A program made the position numbers and the translations under genes. From contig CM022671.1 of the NCBI GenBank assembly GCA_012295275.1, positions 20,770,001 to 20,834,000 on the forward strand: 64,000 bases of DNA, given 5' to 3'. The notes under the pieces were generated by a model. It was not told the origin of the DNA and did not search any database. It saw nothing but the letters and a program-made list of their open reading frames with translations. This stretch comes from Chrysomallon squamiferum. Its lineage: Eukaryota; Animalia; Mollusca. How positions within the stretch are numbered: the stretch's first letter is position 1; each line of letters begins with the position of its first letter. Shown here one piece after another: positions 28,288-41,023 of this stretch.

Positions 28288-30965
28288 TGATAAAAGATAT
28301 TTCGATTGATGAAAGTTAAAACATGAAAATTCTTGAAGCTGAACAATAGGGAAATAGTATTGTTTTATCTACTGTTCCGCCACATATATGAGGGAAGATA
28401 TTGATACAATAAAATATAATGCATGTTATATACAAATAATAATGAGTCATTAACTTGAAGAAAAAATAGTAAATTAATAATGCAGACATCAATAGAGAAA
28501 TAAACGATTTAATGAACGAATAAATGAATGAAAGGAAAAGAAAGGGAGAAAATGTATTAAATAAAATGAGCTAATTTTCCTAGATAAATATTAATAAAGT
28601 ATTAATTAAAATATTATCAAGATGAAGAAAATGATGATGATGATACTACTACTATTATTAATAAAAAATAACAACAGTAATAATAAGAACAATATCAACA
28701 ACAGCAACAACAACAACAACAATAATAATAATATCATCATCATTATAATCATCATTATTTTCTTGACAACATTCATTCCAGTTTCAAAAACTTAAAACGA
28801 AAATAGATAATAATATTTCTACTTCTAATACTGAAGCTCATATAATTTTATAAAGAAGAATGCTATCCAAATGTTTTTGTAATTCTCAAAAAATAAAATA
28901 AAAATATAAATAAAACAACCAGCATATTAATTAGCTTTATGGTAATAATTGACCTATCTTTAAAGTAACGGTAAAACAAATATACTGTTACGTTTTTTTT
29001 TTATGAAATGGCTGAGAAAAATATGGCTATCAATAATAGATCTCAAATTCCTGTAAGCAGTATCGCTTACATGAAAGCGGGGATACCTCCCTGTTTGCAA
29101 ATATTGTTTACATTGATCATCTGCATTCATAGACAGTAATCATTTGTAAACAACTCGAGTTGTTTGATTTTTTAAATAGGTTTCTGTTTGTATTTAGCTC
29201 ATTAGACTGAATATGTCAAGGAATGATATAGAATAGGTATATATATATATATATATTTGGTGTTTATCTCTCTGTCTATACAGCTGTATACGTTTCTCCA
29301 TATACAAGCGGGTCTAGAACGCTTTATAGGGAAGGTCACACGTCAATTTTAATAAATAATTTTTACTGAAAGCCACTAAATACGGAACGAAATTAAACTA
29401 AATTAGTAACAAATAAAAAATATTACAAATAAAGTAAAAACGAATTTTAATAATATCTACCCATTGTTGCTCTTAAGCAACTCCAAAAGGTCTTGAGAAA
29501 ACCAATTAAAATGCTATATTATGACATCACTGATGTGACAAGGCAAATTATCGTTATTTAAAAAACACACTCTACAAACACTAACGTCTGTCTTTAGCTT
29601 ATATTGCAGACGAGCAAATAAGACCAAATTACCGAAACTGAAAAATCATTTAATATTTCGTTTATTTTATCGATATACTATTTTAATATGACCCGATAAT
29701 CGTTAACGGCACTCGCATATGTGAAACTCTGCAGATTTTTTTTTTATTATTATTATTCTCGCGTTCTTTTTGACCACAACAAATTGGCGTTCGATGTCTT
29801 TGATTTTCCTATAAAACCTGACAGGCCCTTCATTCCAAAGCGTCAGCAAAATATTAGATGTGGCATGAAACCGCCGCAGCGGTAATGGATCATTTCCTAG
29901 CAGAAACAGATCCATGACGAGAACGTTTACCGCTAGACGTTAGTTAGCATCCTGCATCACGTGATCCACGTTGACCCTGACCTGCTTCATTTTGACCAAC
30001 ATAGTGGTCATCGCTGACGTCACAGTCCCAACCGTTATCACATTCAGCGTCGTTTATAACTCTTTTTTCAGAAACATTTGCGAACATAATAACACACGCA
30101 CACACATATTCGCTTTTACCTCTCTCTGTGTGTGTGTATGTTAACAGTGGACTATATAAACTGGCTCCAGTTCAAAGTCCCGTTCAGCTATCGTTAATCT
30201 ATTGTGAACAAAATCTTGTCTAATACGGATGCTCTCTACTTCGGATTCCGGGTGTAGATTCAAGGACAAAAGAACAATGTTTAAAGTAATTACCTTTGTC
30301 AGCAATGGCAAACAATTTTGGAAGTATGATCACTTCTTACAGAATGATGGTAATTTCCACATAATTAGACTACCGCGTGATATGAAATGATTGTTCTTTT
30401 TGAAGGCTTAAACAACTGTGTAGCCATACTTCTTGTAATTACTGCATGCAGCTAAATGAACAAGATTATTAATAGTGTTGATACTTAACTGAATTAACGC
30501 ATGTAGATTCAATTTCAAAAGCAGAACTCTGCATATATAAGTATGGCGCATATTTTGCTTTGTCTTATTGAACTCATCATAATGGCAGAGCCATTGTTAC
30601 AAACATAAAATAAAACATCTTTATTTAGACACTGATGTTGTGTTTCAAATAAACCAGGGCCTTCAACAAAATATTATATACAGGCTCATGCCATAAGTGA
30701 TAAAATGATTTAACAAAAAGATTTATTTGCAGCCTGACAACAGTAAAACAACACATTTTTTTGCAGCCATTCATACCATTCATACACTTGGTCATATGAT
30801 TTATTAAAAAATAAATCAGACTGAAATAGCGGATTTTTTAAAATAATAATAATAAGAGAGAGAGAGAGAGAGCTGGTACTGAATATATAAGTAGAAATTT
30901 AGAATTTAAAATTCAAATTTGATAAGTTAATTCCTAAGGAAATCGATCATACAGCTTATACTTAC

Positions 30966-31047
<82 letters not shown>

Positions 31048-31740
31048 TGTTTTGGCATCTTTTCTTTTGTTGTTGTTGTTGTTGTTATTTTCTACATTAT
31101 TATCAGTTAACCCCACCAGCAAGAGTAACTTAGTTTTTTAAGATAAGATTGTATCTAGTATTCAGGTTTAAATAATAATATCAGTTAATTACTTTAGAAT
31201 AGAAAACTCTGAATTCAGCATTTGGTTGTCTCTATTGTGGTTTTGGTATGGAAAGGGAGGGAACTCATTGTCCATGGATCACTTTTAGCAATTTTTCAGA
31301 TATATATAAATCGTCTCCAGCTGGTCTGATTCTCTCGGTCATTTCCTGCTGAAGATTGAAATTATTTACTGATTTCTTTCAGTAATTTCAGAAATACCTC
31401 AACAAGACAAATAAACGAATAAATAAATAAAGGCTGAAACCAAGCAAACTAGATCATTGACAAACACAATAAAGGAAAGCGGTTCATTTTGTAACTTTGA
31501 ACATTCCATGTCATTAACTGACCTAATAATATTTGTTATCATATACATAACAAGCTTGAGAAGTTCAACAATTTATTAAGACCCTTTTACTTTTTCCAAA
31601 ATCGACATTTGATCTCTACTTTTTTTTTTATACTTTAAAAATAATTTTTCATTTCATCTCTTCATATTCTTATATGTTTTTACATTATGATGTGACTCAG
31701 TTTCAGAAATGTACTTCATAAAAAGATTAAAACTGAAATC

Positions 31741-31989
31741 TTTCGAGGTTCTGTCTGCAGCAGGATCTGCCAATAATAATAATAACAACATTCAAAAATA
31801 ATAAGTTGAACAACAACAGTAAATAACAACAACAAAAATGTAAATAAATAAATAAAATAAGATAAAAAATAAATAAATAAATAAATAAGTAAATAAGTAA
31901 GTAAGTAAGTAAGTAAAAATAAATTTACCTAAGTCTGAGGCTGCGGCGATAGAAAGCAAAACACACAAAACTAACACGTATTTCAGCAT
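31741..31989 (-). pseudogene. Copy A: intact signal exon (31929-31989) but only a ~30-bp remnant of exon 2 (..GRSCCRQNL..)
   Basis: Exon 1 is identical to copy B. Bases 31741-31772 (tttcgaggttctgtctgcagcaggatctgcca) match the CC region of B/C exon 2. The acceptor, the first four Cys codons, the stop and the 3'UTR are absent. Confidence 0.8.
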
Positions 31990-32038
31990 ATTGACGTTTC
32001 TCGTTCAGGCGATGAGAATAGTTTAGTTCTGTGCTGAA

Positions 32039-32056
32039 TTTTATACTTTATTTATA
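32039..32056 (-). promoter_or_regulatory. Tandem TATA boxes (TATAAATA-AAG-TATAAAA) of copy A
   Basis: Located 50-67 nt upstream of the ATG, at identical spacing in all four copies. Confidence 0.6.
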
Positions 32057-33077
32057 CAGGTGAGAGTTTATTTTATTTTTGGTTAGCTCTGTTAATTACT
32101 TATTTATTGCTTTATATTTTTAATTATTAATTGTTTAACAATGGTTGATTTAGACGATAGTAAATATAATATTAATTATTGTAAGATAATAATGTAGATG
32201 AAACAATAAAACGTATCTATATTTCTATCTTTTAATACTGAATGTAAAATTTTCAATTAATATGCAGTATTTTTTTTAAATTATTTTATTTGTCAGTCAG
32301 CTCTGTTCTAATATGCACGTATATATGATCCATTAAAGTAATGAATATTTATCTAACTGACTTATATTAGGATGCTCACAAATATGTGTTTATGTGAGTC
32401 AGACTGTGAGTGTATATGTGAGCGACAGAAAGGAAGAGTGAGGAAAAGAGAAAAAGAATCAGAGAGAGAGAGAGAGAGAGAGAGTGTACTGAATATATTA
32501 GTAGAAACTTCGAATTTAATATTAAAATTTGATAACTTAATTCCTAATAAAATCCATATTTGATTTTGCATCGTTTTATGCTTTTTTTGTTCTTTTTTTT
32601 ACATTATTATCAGGTAGCCTCACCAGCTAGAAAAACGTAGTAGTTTTAGAAAACATTTTATCTTGTACTGAAATTTAAATAATCATATTAGTTAATTACT
32701 TAAGCGCAGAAAACTCTGAATTCTTGATTAATGAAAAATCTTATGTTAATATCACTCATCTCATAATTATATGATTATCTAAAATATACAAACTAATGAC
32801 TGTCTGTTTCCGACAGTCTATCAACATATATTATCAGTATCAACATTTAGTTGTCTCTATTGTGGTTTTAGTATGAAAAGGGAGGGAACTCAGTGTCCAT
32901 GGATAACTTTGAGCAATTCTTCATATAAAAACCGTCTCCAGCTGTTCTGATTCTCTCGGGTTATTTCCTACTGAAGATTGAAATTATTTACTGATTTATT
33001 TCTGTAATTACTTCAACATGTCAATTAAAGAAACATATGAATATATTCAACTGAAAAATACCAAGTATATATCACAT

Positions 33078-33121
<44 letters not shown>

Positions 33122-33137
33122 TATATCACACAAACAC

Positions 33138-33179
<42 letters not shown>

Positions 33180-33268
33180 CATACACACATTTACATATAC
33201 GTGGTATTTTTCAGTTGAATATATTCATATGTTTCTTTATTTGACCTGGTGAAGTAACTACTGAAATA

Positions 33269-33305
<37 letters not shown>

Positions 33306-34607
33306 TCATACAAATAAAGCAACATACAAAAAACATACATACACATACATACATTTGTATATATATATATACATAAATATCCTCACGTTCATACATACGT
33401 ACACACACACACTCGAATATAGAACTTCTGTTTGGAATGCATTATTTCCTGTCATTTCCAATCGATAAGCTGCTTGTAAAAATTGAACCAAAAAGAAGAC
33501 AACAACAATAATTATAAAGATGATGATGATGATGATGATAATAATACATTCTAAGCTTCGTATTTCAAAGAAGAAGAATAAGAGAAAGAAATGTGACCAC
33601 AAGACAAATAAATGAGTAAATAAATAAAAACTGAAACGAAGCATACTAGACCATTGACAAACAGGACAAGGAAAGTAATTAACTTAGTAACTTTGCACAT
33701 TTTATGACAAAGCCATATTGAAATTAATTATCCTAGTAATACCTTTTATCATATTCACAACCGGCTCGAAAATTTCAGTAATTTATTAGGACTCTTTTTC
33801 TTTTTCAAAAATCGACATTCGATTTCTACATGCATATTATTATTTACACAAGGAATATTTTAATATGTACATTATACTTTTTAGATAACTAATTATGCAT
33901 TTAGCAGTTAAAACAGAGATGTATCATTTTGGTCAGTACGATTTGTTATACAAATTTGTAATCTCTTATATATCTGATCCTGAATATATACATATGGTGC
34001 TTTTATAAATTAATTTTTTTAATAATATGAACCCGCTATTTAGATATTATTAAATATATTAACTAAGATCACATGACGAAATTGAAATATGTTTTTAAAT
34101 ACTTTTAGCACAGTACACCGCTTTTCTTCATGTCCTTCCGTTTTCGGTTCATACAACCAAGTGTAACGTGACAGTGACTGTTTTATGAGGGTGTGTACAC
34201 CCAGCCTTGATCTTTGTTGTTTTAAACTATGATTTGTATGACTTTTGGCAGGTGTGACTTAGAACGAAGTTACCCTGTGATATATAATTTTTAGCAGGTA
34301 ACTGGTATCAACTAACGCATATTATAGTCTAGTTTTCACCAACAAAGTTATGTCACACAAGGGTATATTAACATAAACAATATAAGGAATACATAATTAT
34401 ATGTATGAATGTATGTATATACGTATGTATTTGTAGACAAAAGACAAACACAGATATACTAGGAATACATTTCTTTTATTTTTTGTATTTTTTTGTATTA
34501 CGAATGGCGGATGAAAATTAAATCCTGAGTTAATAACAGATTGAATGGTAATTTATTTCAGAGTCAAATCTGTTATTATTTGAGACAAAAGTGTAGTCAT
34601 GTAGCTG

Positions 34608-34765
34608 TTATTCCGTAGGCGGAACGTTTTTGATTTTCAGTCTGCAGCAGGATCTGTCATTATCGCATTTGACGTTGCTAATGGTTACCGCATCAGTTGA
34701 ACATCCATCTTCATCCGTAGAGCAGTATATGATCTCTCCCTCTGCTCTTGGGAGGCCCATACAAT
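34608..34765 (-). CDS. Secreted cysteine-rich peptide copy B, exon 2: DCMGLPRAEGEIIYCSTDEDGCSTDAVTISNVKCDNDRSCCRLKIKNVPPTE*
   Basis: Acceptor taattttatatttcag|. The phase-1 join is in frame and gives six Cys (C-x12-C-x6-C-x11-C-x5-CC). TAA at 34610-34608; AATAAA on the minus strand at 34557-34552; intron 324 nt. Confidence 0.88.
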
Positions 34766-35089
34766 CTGAAATATAAAATTACTTACAGCTTACTAAAATT
34801 TCAAAACTGACTAACAGCAACACAGTAATAAAAAGGAATGAATGAACGTATTAAAATTCCTTTAACTTAAGCTCACACAAATGGACATTGGCCGCTTTTT
34901 CTGAATAATCTAAAACATAACAACAAGAATAACAACAACACTATTAATAATAATCATAACAATTTCCAAAAATAAAGAAATGAACAACAACAGTAAATAA
35001 CAACAACAAAAATGTAAATAAATGAATGAATAAATAAATAAATAAATAAATAAATAAGTATGTAAGTAAGTAAATAAAAATAAATTTAC

Positions 35090-35150
35090 CTAAGTCTGAG
35101 GCTGCGGCGATAGAAAGCAAAACACACAAAACTAACACGTATTTCAGCAT
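35090..35150 (-). CDS. Secreted cysteine-rich peptide copy B, exon 1 (signal peptide MLKYVLVLCVLLSIAAA|SDL)
   Basis: ATG at 35150. Basic n-region, hydrophobic core and AxA cleavage motif. Donor TTAG|gtaaat; 61 nt, phase 1. Repeated four times in the array. Confidence 0.9.
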
Positions 35151-35199
35151 ATTGACGTTTCTCGTTCAGTGGATGAGAATAGTTTAGTTCTGTGATGAA

Positions 35200-35217
35200 T
35201 TTTATACTTTATTTATA
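35200..35217 (-). promoter_or_regulatory. Tandem TATA boxes of copy B
   Basis: CTATAAATAAAGTATAAAA on the minus strand, 50-67 nt upstream of ATG 35150. Confidence 0.65.
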
Positions 35218-35612
35218 GAGGTGAGAGTTTATCTTAGTTTTTGTTATCTCTATTAATTACTTATTTATTGGTTTGTATTTTTTAATTATTATTTTTTTAA
35301 CAATGGTTGACTTAGACGATAGTAAATATAATATTAAATTTCGTAAGATAATATTTAAGGCGGAAGCAATAATATGTATCTATATCTCTATCTTTTAATA
35401 TTTATTATAACATTTTCAATTAATAACTAGTTCTCTAGCTCACATATGCATTCATAGACTGACACATGGTTTAAATTTAATCGATCGTATATTCAAAATA
35501 ATAACTGACACATTTGTTTGTCGGTAAAGCTAATATATATGTATATGTGATTCACTGAAAAAATATGAATATTTATCGTTATAAAATTGACAGAGAGAGG
35601 AAAATATATTTA

Positions 35613-35667
<55 letters not shown>

Positions 35668-35709
35668 ATATATATATATATAAATATATATACATAAAGA
35701 AAGAAAGAG

Positions 35710-35801
<92 letters not shown>

Positions 35802-38257
35802 GTGACAGTCCTCTGTATATATATGTGTGTATATAAATGTGTATGCATGTATGTATCCATGTATGTATGTATGTAAGTATTTACGTATGTATGTTTCATT
35901 AAATATTTAATATAACGGAGTTGTTTTTAAAATTATTTTGTTTGTCAGTGATCTCTGTTCTAACACACACACACACACACACACATATATGATCCATTAA
36001 AGCAATGAATATTTATCTAACTGACTTACATTAGGATGCTCAAATATGCGTTTATGTGTGTCAGTCTGCGAGAGAAAGGAAGAGTGGGGTAAGGAGAAAA
36101 GGAAGGAGAGAGTTAAGGAAAGAAAGAATCAGAGAGAGAGAGAGAGAGAGTATTGAATATATCCGTAGAAACTTCGAATTTATAACTGAAATTTGAGAAG
36201 CTAATTCCTCATGAAATTGATATTTTATTTTTAATCGTTTTTTGCTTTTGTTAATTTTTTTTTTTTTACATTATTATCAGGTAGCCTCAATAGCTAGAGA
36301 AACGTAGAAGTTTGAGATAACATTTTATCTTGTATTCAAATTTTGGAAATGATATTAATTAATTACTTAAGAGCAGAAAACTCTGAATTCTTAATTAATG
36401 AAAATCTTATATTAATATCACCCATCTCATAATTATATGATTATCTAATATATACAAATTAATGACAGTCTGTCAGCATATATTATCAGTGTCCGCATTT
36501 AGTTGTCTCTGTTGTGGTTTTAGTATGAGAAGGGAGGGAACTCACTGTCCATGGATAACTTTTAGCAATTCTTCATATATAAATCGTCTGCTGCTGCTCT
36601 GATTCTCTCGGGTCATTTCCTACTGAAGATTGAAATTATTTACTGATTTATTTATGTGATTATTTCACCAGGTCAAATAAAGAAACATATGAATATATTT
36701 AGTGGAACAACAAGTATGTATCCCATCTTATATATCACACACACACAAAAACACAAACAGACATATACATATTCATGCTAAGCAATATACACATATCCTC
36801 ACATTCATACATACATACATACATACACACACACACACTCGAATATAGAACTTCTGTGTGGAATGAATGATTTCCAGTCATTTCCAATCGATAAGCTGCT
36901 AGTAAAAATTGAACAGAAAAGAAGACAACAGCAATAATTATAATGATAATGATGATGATATGTTAATGATGATGATGATGATAATAAATTCTTAGCTTCA
37001 TATTTCAGAGAAGACGAATAAGAGAAAGAAATATGACCACAAGACAAATAAATGAGTAAATAAACAAAAACTGAAACGAAGCATACTAGACCATTGACAA
37101 ACAGGACAAGGAAAGTAATTAACTTGTTAACTTTGCACATTCCATGAGAAAGCCATATTGAAATTAATTGACCTAGTAATACCTATTATCATATTCACAA
37201 CCGGCTCGAAAAGTGCAATAATTTATTAAGACGTTTTTTCTTTTTCAGTCTCTACGCGCATATTTGTTTTTCTTTAAAATAGTTTTTAATTTCATCTCTT
37301 CATATTCTTAAATGCATTAAAATTATGATGTGACTCAGTTTCAAAAATGTAGTTCATAAAAAGAAGATTAAAACTTAGATCAGTTTCTACGTCATCTAGA
37401 ACCTTCCATTAAAGTTTTGTTACAACATTATAAAGTATGTCTTAATCAGTTTTATTTTTATTTATTTTCAGTTTGACAGATTTCGTCTGGAATGAATTAT
37501 GATGTACACAAAGAATATTTTAATGTGTACCTTATATTTTTTAGCTAATTATGCATTTAGCAGTTAAAACAGAGATGCACCATTTTCGTCAGTATGATTT
37601 GTTGTACACATTTGTAATCTCTTATATATCTGATCCTGAATATATACATGTGATATTTTTATAAATGAGTTTTTTAGTAATATGAACCCGCTATTTAGAT
37701 ATTATTAAATATATTAACTAAGATCACATGACGAAATTAAGAAAAAGATTATAATAATGTTAGCACAGTATACCGCTTTTCTTCCTGTCCTTCCGTTTTC
37801 GGTTCATACAAATACTGTTAAGTGTAACGTGACAGTGACTGTTTCATGAGGGTGTGTACACCCAGCCTTGAGCTTTGTGGTTTTAAGCTGTATGATTTGT
37901 ATGACTTTGGCAGGTTTGACTTACAACAAGGCTGCCTTGTGATATATAATTTTCGTCAAGTAACTGGTATCAACTAATACATATTATTGTCTAGTTTTCA
38001 CCAACAAAGTAATAAGTCACACTAAGAGTATATTAACATAAACAATTATAAGGAATACATAGTTAAATGTATGAATGTATGTACGTATGTATCTGTACCC
38101 AAAAGACAAACACAGGTATACTAGGAAGAAATTGTTTTTTCTTTTATTACGAGTGCCAGATGAAAATTAAATCCTGAGTTAATAACAGATTGAATGGTAA
38201 TTTATTTCAGAGTCATTTTTGTTATTATTTGAAGACAAAAGTGTTGTCATGTAGCTG

Positions 38258-38415
38258 TTAACCCGTAGACGGAAGGTTTTTGGGGTTCAGTCTGCAGCAG
38301 GATCTGTCATTATCGCATTTGACGTTGCTAATGGTTACCGCATCAGGTGGACATCCATCTTCATCCGTAGAGCAGTATATGATCTCTCCCTCTGCTCTTG
38401 GGAGGTCCATACAAT
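38258..38415 (-). CDS. Secreted cysteine-rich peptide copy C, exon 2: DCMDLPRAEGEIIYCSTDEDGCPPDAVTISNVKCDNDRSCCRLNPKNLPSTG*
   Basis: Same acceptor as copy B, 158 nt to TAA, same Cys frame, with a downstream AATAAA at ~38201-38206 on the minus strand. Confidence 0.88.
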
Positions 38416-38737
38416 CTGAAATATAAAATTACTTACAGCTTACTAAAATTTCAAAACTGACTAACAGCAACACAGTAATAATAAGGAATGAATGAATGTA
38501 TTAAAATTCATTTAACTTAAGCTCACACAAATGGACATAACCGGTTTTTTTTTTTTTTTTTATAAGAAACCCCGCTGTAGCAATTCTCTGAATACTCTAA
38601 AACATAACAACAACACTATTAATAATAATAATAACAATATGCAAAAATAAAAAATACTAAATATATGAATAAATGAATAAATGAATAAATAAATAAATAA
38701 ATAAGTATGTAAGTAAGTAAATAAAAATAAAATTTAC

Positions 38738-38798
38738 CTAAGTCTGAGGCTGCGGCGATAGAAAGCAAAACAGACAAAACTAACACGTATTTCAGCAT
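38738..38798 (-). CDS. Secreted cysteine-rich peptide copy C, exon 1 (MLKYVLVLSVLLSIAAASDL)
   Basis: ATG at 38798. Differs from copy B by one substitution (TGT>TCT, C9S). Donor G|gtaaat, phase 1. Confidence 0.9.
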
Positions 38799-38847
38799 AT
38801 TGACGTTTCTCGATCAGTGGATGAGAATAGTTTAGTTCTGTGATGAA

Positions 38848-38865
38848 TTTTATACTTTATTTATA
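38848..38865 (-). promoter_or_regulatory. Tandem TATA boxes of copy C
   Basis: Same motif and spacing relative to ATG 38798. Confidence 0.65.
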
Positions 38866-39225
38866 CAGGTGAGAGTTTATTTTATTTTTTGTTATCTCTA
38901 TTAATTACTTATTTATTGGTTTGTATTTTTTAATTATTATTTTTTTTTAACAATGGTTTTTTAGACGATAGTAAATATAATATTTAAGGCGAAAGCAATA
39001 ACATGTATCTATATCTCTATCTTTTAATATTTAGTATAACATTTTCAATTAATAACCAGTTCTGTAGCTCACATATGCAGTCAAAGACTGACACATGGCT
39101 TTAATTTAATCGATAGTATATTCAAAATAATAACTGACACATTTGTTTGTCGATAAAGCTAATATATATGTATATGTGATTCACTGAATATGAATATTTA
39201 TCGTTATAAAATTGACTCAGAGAGG

Positions 39226-39311
<86 letters not shown>

Positions 39312-39644
39312 TTGTAGTGACAGTCTTCTGTATATATATATATGTGTGTGTGTGTGTGTATGTCAGTATGTATGTATGTATGTATGTACGTATATTTAAT
39401 ATAACGTTTTTTTTGGTTAAATTATTCTATTTGCCAGTCAGCTCTGTTCTAATATACACACACATAAATATATATATATATATATACGTGATCTATTAAA
39501 GCAATAAATATTTATCTAATTGACTTATATTAGAATGCTCACAAATATGTGTTTATGTGAGCCAGTCTGTAAGTTTATATGTGAGCGAGATAAAGGAAGA
39601 GTGAGGAAAAGAGAAAAAGAAGAAGAGTTAAGGAAAGAATGAAT

Positions 39645-39716
<72 letters not shown>

Positions 39717-40087
39717 TGTTGTTTTAAACTGTATGATTTGTATGACTGTTGGCAGGTGTGACTTGCAACAAGGCTGCCCTGTGATATATAATTTTGAGCA
39801 AGTAACTGGTATCAACTAATACATATTATTGTCTAGTTTCCATCAACAAAGTTATAAGTCACACTAAGAGTATATTAGCATAAACAATATAAGGAATAGA
39901 TAATTATATGCATGAACGTATGTACTTATGTACGTATAAACATAAAACAAACACAGATACATTAAGAAGAAAAATTGTTTCTTTTATTACGAACGGCAGA
40001 TGAAAATTAAAACTTGAATTAATAACAGATTGAACAGTAATTTATTTCACAGTCATTTTTGTTATTATTTGAAGAGAAAAGTGTAGA

Positions 40088-40244
40088 CTATCCCGTAGAC
40101 AATGGGCTGCCGATGCTGATTTTGCAGCAGGATATGCCAAAATCGCAAGTGATGTTGCTGATTGTTTCCTCTTCAGACGGACACCCTTCTACTAACCCAG
40201 AGCAGTACACGATCTCGCCTCTCCCCTTGGGCTGTTGATACAAT
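40088..40244 (-). pseudogene. Copy D exon 2 with a 1-nt deletion (pseudogene or assembly error); repaired: DCINSPRGE(G)EIVYCSGLVEGCPSEEETISNITCDFGISCCKISIGSPLSTG*
   Basis: Intact acceptor; 157 nt to the stop versus 158 in copies B and C. One base is missing in the G-rich stretch near 40217-40226 (cca agg gga gag g-c gag atc). After repair, Cys spacing and length are identical to B and C. AATAAA on the minus strand at 40046-40041. Confidence 0.8.
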
Positions 40245-41023
40245 CTGAAATATAAAATTACTTACAATTTATAAAAATTTCAAAACTGACCAACAGCAAC
40301 ATTTTAATAATAAGGAATGAATGAATGAATGTAGTAAAATTAATTTAACTTAAACTGATGCTAATGGACATTGGGTGATTTTTGTAACAAAACCCGTTTT
40401 GTAGCAGTTCTCTGAATACTCTGAAACATAACAACAAGAATAACAACAACACTATTAATAATAATAATAACATTAAAATATAATAATAAAATGAACAGCA
40501 ACAGTAATAATTAACTAACTAACTGATTAATAAACTAACTAACTAATAAAATGGTCGATTAAAACAATAGTATTTACATATTTATTGGTGTATTTTTTCA
40601 CTTCACTGAGCATTGTTATCTTTTAATAAACAACAATATGTATCACGGTATCCTCTCTGTCTCTTTCAGTCCCTCTCTTTCTCGATATGTATGTGTATTT
40701 TCACATTCCTAAATTTATAATAATGATGATGATGATGATGACGATGATAATTTGTTTTACGGTGATGAAGCTAATTCATTATTATCCTTTTCCGAAACCT
40801 GTGTTTTAGTAACAAAGAGATACACTTTTATATATTTCTCTGTTTTGTTATGCATGCATGTGTGTGTGCGTGTGTTTGCGTGTGTGTGAATATAATCATT
40901 CTAAAGGCAGCATAAATATTGTAATGTTACAATTAATAAATGAAAGAGCAAAAATATAAATAAATAAATAAAATAAAATATGAATAAAAAAGTAAGTAAG
41001 GAAGTAAATAAAAATAAATTTAC

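Noticed and set aside
30710-30820. Cys-containing minus-strand stretch (…CMNGMNGCKKMCC… or …FYCCQAANKSFC*) as a replacement exon 2 for copy A
   Set aside because: The phase-1 join at the tatttcag acceptor gives GTC TGA, an immediate stop. There is no similarity to the family's Cys frame.
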